From Amoebophrya sp. A120 (lineage: Eukaryota; Protista; Dinoflagellata): a stretch of 64,000 nucleotides of DNA. Where the stretch lies: assembly GCA_905178155.1 (NCBI GenBank), contig CAJINV010000003.1, positions 2,561,065 through 2,625,064 of the forward strand, given 5' to 3'. How positions within the stretch are numbered: the stretch's first letter is position 1; every line of letters starts with the position of its first letter. The notes beneath the pieces are model-generated. The model was given only the letters and a program-made list of their open reading frames with translations, ran no database searches and was not told the origin of the DNA. Positions 12,723 through 24,700 of the stretch are shown here, one piece after another. A program made the translations under genes and the position numbers.

Positions 12723-13409
12723 ACTCATAAAGAGCACTGCGAATCGTCGCTGTGCTTGTGTGCGCTCGTGTACTCTCATCGAGATCTTGACTTATTGGAC
12801 CACACGACAGTTTTTTCGTGCGTGGATCCAAAACTCCCACAAAAAAGTATGGCTTCGCACATATACTCATTGATCACTATCGCGACCCGAGGCAGCTCTG
12901 CGCTCTTCTCAGTATGATCTCGTTCCCCGTCTCCAGTCTCTCCACCGTACCAAGGATCGAATGAACTAGGGGACTTGTCACCTCTAGCAGATCAGGAAGA
13001 GTAGGAGTGTAGCGATCCAAGCGATACAAGAACCCCCCTTCTATTTATATATCATGTCTGCCCGTACTATCCGACATGTTCATGGATCTTTGCAGGCCGG
13101 ACACGGTGCGTGCCGCGTTTTGTGATGGTTTTTGATTTTTAGTTTTACACCAATCACATACGACTAGTAGTTGTTGAAACAAAAATACGCTCTTTTCCTC
13201 CGGTTTCGATTCTATTATCGCTTTTGGAACTCGGCTTAGCGCTATTTCTTTCCGCACATCTCTCGACACACCACAGTGAAGATTCCAGCCTTAAATAATA
13301 GCCGACCCCGTTTCTGGTCACGAATTAGTCTAGCTACCGAATCAGTTTGAAAGCACGTGTTGGCCGCCGCAGGAAAGCCCCCCATGCGCCACAAACAAGG
13401 AAGATCAAG

Positions 13410-16063
13410 ATGTTAAGTGCAGCTTTGGCAAGATTGGTGCTGCTGGGCTTTGCAGCAACGCCCAAATCCTCGCAATCGGTGCTTGCCGGAATACAACTTC
13501 CGGGCCTGCCTCTCAGAAGCAGCGTGAAGGAATCACCGTCGGCACTAGTGACGAGCCCCCCTGTAGTACTAGGAGCACCACGACCACGACCTCCGGAGAG
13601 GGAGACCACACTTGTCGCACAGTGCCGCGGATCGGCATGCAATAGGTTAGCCCCGGAAGGAGCTGCCAGATCTCCTTCCGCTGCGCAGCTAGAAATGAAT
13701 ACCACCGAGGTAGGTTGTGAAGAACGCCAACACAGGCGGACCCTTTACACGTCGCGGAAGAATTTTTATGACTACGCCCAGCACCGACGCTTTCTTATTC
13801 TCGTGCATAAACTCGCACAGGAAGCAAGACGTGGCTCGAGAAACCGCGAGAGGCCGAGGCATTCCCGACAAGTGCAAAAACCACGAGGCAAGCCTTGGAA
13901 TGTTTTTGCTGAAAATGCAAACGAAAAAGGTGCTAGTGCCAGTACGACACAGCAAGTAGTAGACAAAGAGCTACATCAAGAGGCGCAAAATGAGAAAGTA
14001 GTGCGGAAGATGAACAGTACGAATACTAATGTCTTCGAGTTTGGGCAACTACAGCACAACGATAGGAGAGCGGCACGACTGCAAGAACCGAAGCAGCTGC
14101 TCTGGGAACTAGACGTTCTGGCCGATCGCATAGCACAGCGGATAATATTCGGCGCAGAAAGAAGTAGTGAGGCGCTCCCGCTTCACCGACGTATTGAAGC
14201 CCCTCAGCCCACTTCGCGACCGCAACCGCAACCGCAGAACCTCGGAAAGTTTTTTACCGACAATTATCGATTTACCCACTCCGCGTCGACTGACGTACTA
14301 CAAATATCCGACAGAGCGGCAAGGACTAACACCGAGAAGAGTGCAGTAACAGAAAGCAAGCAGTCGGTGGCGCAAAGGAAGACCATCTGCGTGGTGTCTA
14401 GCAGGAATGGAGGCGGTGACAGAGAAGTTTTTTTCCGGTCAGCCTCAACATCCGAGGAAGCACATCAGCATCAAGTTCGAGACGAAGATGCCTCTGCCAC
14501 GGCTGCTACGAATATTACAGATTTTCACGCGAAGATACCGATTTCGGAGTTTTTGACTGCATACGCCATTATCCTCGTGAAGCTCGTGGTGCGTGTCGGA
14601 CAGTGGAACAAATCGGACGCCACCTCTCCTTCGCGCAAAGCGGCAAGCCCGGAAGTGGGACACTTGGAAATGAAGCTTCGCAAAAATCCATCACGTTCGG
14701 CGCACTCGTCCGGCTGGTCACCAGAGAGGATAATCGTTCCCTCTAGGAGGCGGGCTAGTTCTACTACAGAGTTTTGTTTGCGGCCTGGGTCTGTTCTTCA
14801 GGAGAGCCCCAGGGAGGTCTTCCGGGTGGCAGCGTGGGTCGCAGATGAACAAGTTGATAAAGGTGTAAGCCGATCCGCCCAAAAAGATTTTTGGGCGACA
14901 CCGCAGTATGGGGAGCAGGAACCGCCGGACATCAAATACAAATTCCATCCGAAAAATAAAGCTTGCTCTAGCACGGGCACGACCTCCCGACGATTAGCCG
15001 AGGTACTAGTACCTCCATCTTCGACGTGGCACAAATTTCAGGAGGTTTTTCACGAACGATTTGTGCGCCAGGTTGCGGAAAGCGTCGAGAAGAGAGAGAG
15101 GCCTTGGATCGCGAGACTTACCTGTCTGGTGGCTCACCACACGCCTCTCACGGAGGCGGCCTTCGGTGCCGGAGAGTGGTTCCTTTGGAAGCAGGGCGCG
15201 GGCCTGCTGCGCACCAAGATGCTCACGCTGTTATGGCACGGCATCACCGGGGATCTTCAAGTCGGTACCGCACAAGAGAAAGCGATGCTGCACGCGCACG
15301 TCCGCGAAAACCTCGTTCGGGGGCATAATTTTTCGCCCTCCTCCGGCCTGCTGACGGCCGCAGAGCAGGAGGGGGCTGTGTTGGAAGTGATGCGGATGAT
15401 GATCTTCCTCTACAAAGCCTTTGCGCTCCGGGCGGGACGCCACTATCAAGAAGAAAAATCCCCCCTCCCCATATCGAAACGAAGTTTCTGATGCTGGATT
15501 TGCGTACACAAATCGGGTCTGTCTTGCTGGAAAGGACTGCAGGCATTTACCAAGCCTCGGTCGAGAGGTTTTGACGTAGGGGACTAGCATGACAGACGTC
15601 GGCCCTATAAGCCCAACAGCATCACAAACCGCCGGCATAATGCGGCGGACTCTCTGGCTTTGCCTTCTTGCAAGACAGACAGGATTTGTGACCTCAAATC
15701 TGCATCACAAATTTTCAGACGAGTGCGTTTTCAATATGGGGAGGGGGGACTTTTCCTCTCAATAGCCACGTGCTCGTGTTCGTGCGCCTGACCGCGTACT
15801 TGTTTCTCCTGCAGCGAGTGATCGATCTTCTCGCCGCGTCGTCCTCTCGCCGCGGAATGATGTGGGAGATCGCGAATAGCTCGATTCTCCAGAGTCTCTT
15901 TCCAAGTGCCATCGACTACAGCAGACTGGCTGATCTAACGACCCTCGCGCGCCATTTCCTCGACGCAACCGGGACTCGGGAAATATTTCACAGCATCGTG
16001 GAAGCGGCCACAGCCACGACAGCAGACCTTGCGGAAGTTTCAGACCTGTTGAACCTTTATTAG
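13410..16063 (+). CDS. Hypothetical protein with a hydrophobic N-terminus (possible signal peptide); 2 exons
   Basis: ORF 13347-15491 (first ATG 13410) joins ORF 15770-16063 in frame (RAGRH|VLVFV) after removing 15444-15764. Confidence 0.7.
15444..15764. mobile_element. Introner family D
   Basis: DR GCCAC/GCCAC; TIR. Confidence 0.92.
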
Positions 16064-17877
16064 AGCTTCATCCTCTCGTCGCTGGAAAAAATGCAATTTA
16101 TTAGCAACGAAGAAGAGTAATAAAAGTCGAGGCGCCCGCGCTGGTAAGGATGCCGCGCCAGGAAATTGCTGGCTCTGTACTTCTGTGCGCTATAGGATAC
16201 GGAGGCATGCGCATCTGCCTGCGTGCTCGAAAGTTCGTTCACCCGATTGAAAAAAGACCCGACAGAGCAAGATGCTTTTCAGTGTGAACATGAGCAGACA
16301 ATGTTCAGTGGATAATTTACCTAAAACATGCTCGGGCAAAAAGCAGGTGCCGATCGTGCGGCGCAATTAAAGAATACAATATGCGACCAATGCGATAGCT
16401 TTGCGTGGTCGAGCAATAGCAGTCCAAGTCTCTTGTTGATGAATATAGTTGATGAAAAAGTATCTATACTGATATTACGGTACGTAGTTCCCAAGCTTCT
16501 ACTATTGACCTTCAGCGCGCGCGCGCATGCAGTAGCACTAGCAGCTTTTTATTTTCTCGAAGCTTTTTTCGGATTACTGGCTAAGTAGCTACACAACCTC
16601 AACGCAGCACGCGGACAAGCCCCCTCGTGCTCCCGGTGCCACGGCGTCGAAGCAAATAAAGAGGCACGACATAGTACCCGCTCGTCTGAATAACAATTAT
16701 GACCATTCGCGGTTACCCACTTGCTTGGACAATATTGTGCATATTAATAGGCACTACACCTTTTTTGACATGAATTTCTCATAAATTATCACTTGGGCTC
16801 GCCTGAAAAGACCGCTACTAAGACGACTCCTCGCCGAGCACTTTTCTTTCTGATGCTCTTAGTTTTGACATTTTCCTGTACAAATTTTTTTTCGTAGTTC
16901 GATATTATTCCCTGCCCCTACCATATGCTTTAATGTTATCACAAAAATTATTGGGAAGTGGTGTTACTTAACTACGATCTAGCTCTTGGCCTTGCTGTTA
17001 CTCGCAGATGACATCAATCATCCACTTGTACGATGCACTTTTACAATTGTGGAACCGCAATAAAATCACGTCGACAGAACACTGAGGCGTACTATCGACA
17101 GTGGAGCAGCTGCAGGGCTGGGGCTGCTGCCCTTACCATTGTGCAGCACACGAGTGGGAGCTCGAGCTCCAGCTGCGAACGATTTTCGTTGATTGATGTT
17201 GCGGCCTACTTCTCGAAAAATTCAAAATGTCGGTCGCCCTCGGATAAGTACCTTGTCAGCAAAAAGGATAGGGAAGCAGCCACCTGTACTTCCGATCCTG
17301 AGTGCTATTCATGGTGTCATATGGATTTTGTTTTCGGTACAAAGATTTGAGTCAATGAAAACCATTCTGTTTTCGACTCTATGACCAAGCTACTTATTGA
17401 CTCGGCTCGATTATATGCTGTGGTGTAGTAACTGTGCATAACTCGGCAACTTCTAATATTCTAATGTGAAAATCATCATGTTCATGAGATTGTCTTCCCT
17501 TGGAGAGTTGGCATCTTTGAGTTTCCATTGAAGACCAGTGTGTTTTCTCTTGATGTCCCAACATCCTATTTGCCATGCATGGAACAGATCAACAAGACCG
17601 ACGCAAAGTGAAAATAAAGAAGAAAAACTTGTATAGGCCCTCCCTCTTACCTACTTGTTTATTGCGCTCCAGACTTTAGTTACAGATATTTATAGATCGC
17701 CTTTTCCTTTTCCTGACCCACTTCTTCGCAGTGTTAGTTTCTCTTGGCGTATGAAAAAAGAGATGTGTGGTCAAGAAGCGTTTATTTCACCATAACGTCC
17801 CAGCCTCCGCCCGCGTTTTTCTATTTTCCTAGTACCGTCGCATCCATCAGGAACGAAGAACATCAGGACACAGGAAG

Positions 17878-20799
17878 ATGCAGCGCATCGCCTCGTTTCT
17901 CCCGACCACGGGGCGCAACTTTTTTCCGAAGACGGGCAAGCGCGTGTGCGTTATCGGGGCGGGTGGTTCTGGGATGCTGGTGGCCGAGCGGTTGCGGCAC
18001 CTGTTTGACGTGACCGTGGTGGACCCCAAGAGCTACTACGAGTTTTCCCCCGGCCTGCCTCGCGCACTGGCGCAGCCGGTGCAGACGCACAAGCGGCTGA
18101 CATTCGACTATCGGGAGATTCTGGAGGCTATCACATGCAAATGTGTCTGGGCCTGGAAAGTTCGAACTTGTAATGTCGGTCTTGCGTTTTTGGTTTTTCC
18201 GGAATATCTGTATACACATGTTGACCAACAAGAGAAGCCGCAGCCTCTTTTGTCATGCAAAAACGCAGCTTCTCGTACCGTAGGGGCTGCGCATGAGAAA
18301 TCGTTCTGGAAGCTTGTCATGCTTCGCTGCATTCGGAAGTGGTTCCATCACCCACACTTTAGCATCTTCGCAAGTTTCCAGACTGAGACAACATATTTGC
18401 AATCCATAAAGGACCGTCTGGGTGTCGAATTCGTGCAGGGCTACGTCACCGAGCTCGTGGACCATATCACAGAGAAAAAAGTTGGCAGGGATACGGAATT
18501 TCTTACTTTGTAATACAAAAATGAATACTAAATACATACAGAAATTGAAAAATCTTTGTGGCGTAGCACTATCCTAAGCGGCATCAGCATGTGCAAGCTA
18601 TAGGCTCACCCATGACAGATTTGTGTGATAATTATTTTTTGCATTACATTCCCTGCATGTCGCCTGCCTGCTTTTTTCTGCATGATACACCACGTTACGT
18701 ACAAGCAGAAAACCGCGGCGGTATCTTCTTCCTCCACCGCGCCAAGTGGGGGGCATTGCAGCATCGCCCCCGCCGCCGACGGGACGAGCGGAGCAGGAAC
18801 CACGCGCGAGCTAGATTTCGATTACTGCGTGATTTGCGCGGGCATCCAGAACGGCATCTGGAAACAGAACTTCTCCACGCTCGGCGAGCGGCTCGACAGC
18901 CTCCGCCAAAATATCGAAATGAAAAATCCCCCCTCCTCATACGCAAAGGGAGGTTTGTCTAGCATGATTTGTGATCACAAATCGCGTTGTCATGCTAGAA
19001 GGGAATACTAGATGCGGATTGTAGGGCTGGCTGGCGTGGGAAAGCCTTGCGTCTTCAACATGACGGGAAGCAACAGGAAACGGGAAACAGCATGCCAAAT
19101 TGCCTGCAAAGGAGGGAGCAACTGCGACTCCTGGCCTTCTAGCAATACAAGTCGCTTTGTGTACTCAAATACAGCAACACAAACTTCGTTGTCGATATGG
19201 GGAGGGGGGATTTTTCCTCACAATACAAAAAAGCAGCGAGCTTGTGGCGACGAAGGACCTATCAAATGCAAAAATGTCTGGGTCTGGAAACTTGTGATGC
19301 TGGGTGGCGTATCACAAAGACGCCACAAATGCTGGCTCAGCATGACAAGTTTCTGAGCTTCTAGGTGTTGCCTATTCTGCATGACAAACTGCGTTTCTGC
19401 ATGACAGAAAAATGGGGCTCTTGGGTAATGCGCATGACAAATTTAAGAGTCATGCGAGACAAGCATCACAAATTTGCATTCTTCCAGACCCAGACATTTT
19501 TGCACTTGATAGAACCCAATTTACATCATCGGCGGGGGGCTCGTCGGCACCGAAGTTGCCGCCGAAATCGCTCACTACTGGCGAAAACCAATGCGGCTGT
19601 ACGACGGCAATCCACGGCTCTTGCTCCAACTGCCTCTGGAAGCCAGCACATACGCGCAGCAATGGTAAGAATTTAGATAAATTGTCGATTTCTGCCTTTT
19701 CTTGTATATGTGTCTGTTTCATCAAGCAATTTTATATGTACGTTGTGTCTTTGCACCTGAGTATGTTGCGTTCTTTGTGGTCTTGACTATACCGAACAGC
19801 AGCTGCCGCTTATCGGTTTTGCAAGGGTTGTACTAGTTTGTTGCGATGGAACAATCAGGTTCTTCCTTTCAAACTTAAAACTACTCTCTGTCTGGGAAGA
19901 TATTACATCGATGAAATTTGCGTAGGTTGGAAAAGCGGCAATGTCGGTTGCATTTGGGCGAAGGATTTCCCGACTTTCAAGCAAGAAAGGACGATGCCAA
20001 TGTCGTGTCTTGCGTAGGCGTGAAACCACAAAACCACTTTCTCACCGCGACCCACCTCGACGACCGTGGGTTCGTCAAAGTCAACCGTCGTCTCCAAGTG
20101 ATGCGCACCAAGACGCCCAGTTCTGTGGCAGCGCCGCGGACAACATCTACTTCCACAGGTCGTGCAGATTCGTCCGCATCAGACGGACCAGAAAATCTTC
20201 AGAGTGCAGCTGAACAAGATGAGGCAACCGCGTCTAGTACTTCTACAACGGCAGCCGAGCAGTCAGGATCTGCTTCTAGCTCGGACTCAGGACCACCTCC
20301 CGGGGAAGATGCGGCCTCGACCTCCAGCTCGCGTGTGGCGGAGGTTTCCTCGGTCAGCGGTTGGTACGCGTGCGGCGACTGCGTAGCACTGGAGGGGGTG
20401 CCAAAAACCTACTTCGCCGCGGAGGAGATGGCTTCGCTTGTGGTCGCAAATATCGAGCGCCAGGAGGGCTTTGCGCCCGACATTCTGTCCATGTCCACGG
20501 GTAGTTTGGATACCTCCTCGGGGGATCGCCGCACGAGTCGAGACTTTTCATCTGACATGTCGTCCGCAACTTCCTCGGAAGACGGGTATCTCCCGGACGA
20601 CTTGGCCTACCCCTTCTGCATCTCCTTGGGCCCCACCGACGGAATTTTCGCCAGCGTACCCAGCGCCGGATCCGCGGGCGCAGTGCTTCTCGAGGGCCGT
20701 CCGGCCGCGCTGCAGAAGCAGATGATCGAAGATACGAAGCTGCTGGCTTTGAAAGACGATTCGTTCTACGCAAAAGCCCTCTGGGCCGCGGTTCATTAG
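17878..20799 (+). CDS. FAD/NAD(P)H-dependent oxidoreductase, AIFM2/FSP1 (AMID)-like
   Basis: Motifs RVCVIGAGGSG, DFDYCVICAG, IYIIGGGLVGTEVAAEI, GFVKVNRRLQV and WYACGD after removing 4 introners and GT-AG intron 19665-19925. Confidence 0.88.
18129..18408. mobile_element. Introner family A
   Basis: DR GAGGC/AAGGA (also readable as GC-AG); ILE|DRLG in frame. Confidence 0.85.
18465..18687. mobile_element. Introner family C
   Basis: DR GACCA/CACCA; TIR; frame restored. Confidence 0.88.
18912..19225. mobile_element. Introner family D, reverse orientation
   Basis: DR CAAAA/CAAAA; TIR; frame restored. Confidence 0.9.
19260..19511. mobile_element. Introner family A, 252-bp subfamily
   Basis: DR GGACC/GAACC; close homolog of 22322-22573. 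Confidence 0.92.
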
Positions 20800-21702
20800 A
20801 GCTGTTTTTCAGACGCGCCGCAAGAAGAACTGCATCACGCTGTCTTTGCTACTTCGATGGCATTCGCAAGAAAAAACGAACTTAAAAAACTATGCACGCG
20901 CGCACAGTGTTAAATGTACGTCTTCATCGCTTCACAAGATCACGTGGCTTTTTGAGAACGTCTATACGCAGCACTATCGCAAAATGGGTGTGCTGTCATA
21001 GTACCCATACTACTGCACCACACGCCACGGTGCTGCAGTCTGCTAAGTAACCAAAATTGTACCGTTGTCAGGCCGCGAGCAGGAGCCGCAAAGGCCGATC
21101 CCACTTCATGATTCGGTTGTGCCACCTTGGAGATCGACCTGTAGTTGTTGTAGTCACTTTGATGAATCAGAAAATGTCGGTGCAGAAGATCCAAGCACGT
21201 CCTGCGTGTGTCTGTCACACATTGTACTAAAAGTTTCGCGAAAAAGGTAGTGTCCGAGTAAAGGGAAGTACTTTTTTCCATGGCTCTCACATGTTTTGGC
21301 TCGGTAACCGCACTTATGTCTGCAACTGTTTCGGAAATAAGGCGGAGTCGCTACTCCGCATTACAACCGCTGGTGTGTAAAAGCGCTTGCCTTCTCGGTG
21401 AATTTGCCTGCAACCACTGGCACGATCGCGTAGCCTCGGTCGTGTTTCCACAGACTCTGATACAGCTTCCAGTTTCATCGCGCATAGACTTAATTTCTAT
21501 ATCTGTGTGTCCAACAAGTCGCCGACTTCGCAACAACACGGTACTTGACCCAGGATCTTCTCTCTCGCGCTCGTAGCCATAAAAGTTATTTTTGATACAT
21601 TCTTTCTGAATTTTTCGCCACTCATTCATAAGATAAGCTCGATGTTGTAGTTGATCTTCAAAGTCCCGCTAGGAGGTCCTTCAATGTAGGCAAAAGGACG
21701 GC

Positions 21703-24700
21703 ATGAGTGCGCATTGGGCGTTACCCGGTTCGCAGACGGGCGATTACGCTGCAGAGCCGAATGGATCTTTCTACAATGGTGAGCAGCGAACGCCCATGAA
21801 ACGAGATGTTGTACCAAGTAAGACAAGCCCAGGCGGGAAGATGAACAATCAGAAGTATCAACAGCAGCGCGACAACTACTACGCACCCGGGCAGCATCTT
21901 CAAGCGGGGACGGCGCGAAGTCAACAACAGCCAGCGCATGCATCCAACTACATAGCAAATACATATCCCGGCGTAGGCAGCATGAGCGCACCAGTTAGTG
22001 CAGGACCTCCAGCAGTCAAGATGAACCAAAGTCAGAGCAACAGAGACCGTGCGCGATCACCTAAAAATCAAGATGCGACGGCACAGCGACAGACCAACCG
22101 CTTCACATCAGCACTGGCAGATGCAGCTCCAGCGCAGGAGCCCTACCAGATTCACCAGGCTCAACCCCGACGCGGCGTCTCCTCCGCAGCTGCGGCACCG
22201 CACGCCGCGCCGCAACCCCAAGTCGAGGAAGGGTATCGCTCATTTAAGAATAATTGGGCACTGCCGGACTCTGCGCATGACGACTACAGCGCCATGGCGG
22301 ATTTCGTGACATCCTCCCTGGTATCAAATGTAAAAATGTCTGGGTCTGGAAACTTGTGATGCTGGGTGGCGTCTCATGATCAGGCCACAAATGCTGGCTC
22401 AGCATGACAAGTTTCTGAGCTTCTAGGTGTTGCCTATTCTGCATGACAAACTGCGTTTCTGCATCACAGAAAAGTGGAGCTCTTGGGTAACGTGCATGAC
22501 AGATTTAAGAGCTATGCCAGACAAGCATGACAAACATGCACTCTTTCAGACCCAGACGCTTTTACATTTGATACCTGGATGGTGCAATCATAAAACAGCC
22601 TCCGTCGGGGGCCTATGCATCATCCACTGGAGGCGCGACCAAACAGTCGCAACTAGTGGCTGCTGCATCTTCGCCTGCAAACGCCAAAAATTCGGACACG
22701 GCACGTGGTCCAAATATGAACACAAGAAGCTCTGGAACTATGCGGTCCACCACGGCCTCGAAGCAAACCTACGGAGCGAACCTTCCGAAAGACACCGCCG
22801 CTTGGGTTTTGCCACCCTCTGCTCATGGGGATTACGGAGCAATCGCGGACTACGAGGGCATGGAGAGCGCACAGAACTACAAGGACGCGGCTGGTGAGGC
22901 GGAGCCACTTCTTTTGAGCAGCGTAGCGGATCTGCGCCAAAATTTTCTGCGGGCGAGCCCGCAAAACGGATTTTTGAACTGGAAACAGAACCAGGGGCTT
23001 GTTGCGCGGATCAGCGCGGCCCAGGCAAGCGGTCGCTCTCCTTCATCTGGGGCATCGGAAGTCGTGCGGCTGAGCGCAGCCAACGCGGAGGATTTTCTGT
23101 TCGACACCTTTGCGCGCCTCTCGGCTGCGGAAACCGATTTTCAGAAGACGAAGCGAAAGACACGGCACACTGATACGAAGTTTCGGGAGCAGCTGTTTGC
23201 TCCCCCGGACCAGGATGGACATCCCGACAAGGATCCGGAAAACGCCAATGCCTCCGCGAGCGAGGAACCCTGCTGCCACCGTTTGTGCTGGGGCAAGTGC
23301 CATTGCTGCGTGAACACCATGTGCTGCCCTGTCGTGATGCCCTACCACGCCTGCCGCGTGTACTGTTGTCCCACGTTGGGCGCCGTGTGTGGCAGTTGCT
23401 GGCTCACGATATGTATCCTGTGCAAAACTAATTATATCATACTCGCACTGATAATTGTCCTCGCAGTCATACACGGAAGATGATGAAAATGTCTTTCGTA
23501 TTAAAAGTAAAAACCGGACACAGCTGTAGTACATGTTGCACCTTTCTTCGTGGCATACGATTCATACTAATAGTGCGATGTTTTTTATGCTTTTGCGATG
23601 CATAGGATGCTGCAGCAGCCGATGCTGCAAGTACACGGACAGCGAGTTCTTGCCGGCCTCCGTCTCTATCGGCGCGAACATTCAGGGCGATGGCGGTGAG
23701 AAACAGCTGAGCGTGGACCCGAAGCAAATCAAGTGGATCCGCGCGCCGGAGCTGCCGTCCAGCTTCACCGCCGACGTACTCGAGAAGCGCGACGCGAAAG
23801 GCAAAGTAAAGATATCCGATTGATGCACAGCCCCCTGGCCATCGTCCCACTCATGATTGATTGATTCGGAGTGCATTTATTTTTCGTCTTCTACTACCAA
23901 GAGAAATCACCTGAGAAGAAATTGTGCAGGAGTCTTTGCATGGCAAACCACCTGCTGCGCCCTGAGAGAGGTCCAGCCTGGGCTACATCGAGTCCACAAC
24001 TTGTGATGAAAAGAACACAGCCAAAAGCAAAACGTCCAGACGGCCGGAACATTATGCACTACTTGGTTCTCGCCCTAGATCTCCTGCGTCCGAAGCTGCT
24101 TGCGGCGACGGTGCAAAGGTTTTTGATGTGGTGAAGTCGGGTATGCATGACAAATAACGGGGGGGGAATGCGAATGGGGATTGTGCACTCGGATAACAGC
24201 AGGAGCCGACCGTGAAACTGTTCGGGAACAAGTTAAGTCCGAACACGATCTGTCAGGGGGCGCTGGGCAACTGCTGGCTGCTCTCCGCCATGGCGTGCCT
24301 TGCGGAGCTATCACCAGCAAATATGTCTGGGTCTGGAACATTGCATGTTTGTCATGCTTGTCTGGCATGACTCTTAAATCTGTCATGCATGTTACCCAAG
24401 AGCCGCATCTTGCTATCATGCAGAGACGCAGTTTGTCATGCAGTATAGGCAACGCCTACAAGCTCAAAAGGTTGTCATGCTCAGCCAGCACTTGTGGCCT
24501 CTTCATGACACGCCACCCAGCATCACAAGTGTCCAGACCCCGACACTTTTACAATCCATAAGAGCACCGCGGCGCGGTTCGCCACATTTTCGAAACCCAG
24601 TTCTTGGACGTGCGGGGCAAGTACTTCGTCACCCTGTATGACGCTTGCAACAGCCGGGACGTTGCCGGGAACGCGGTCGGCGCCTGGGTGCGGATATGCA

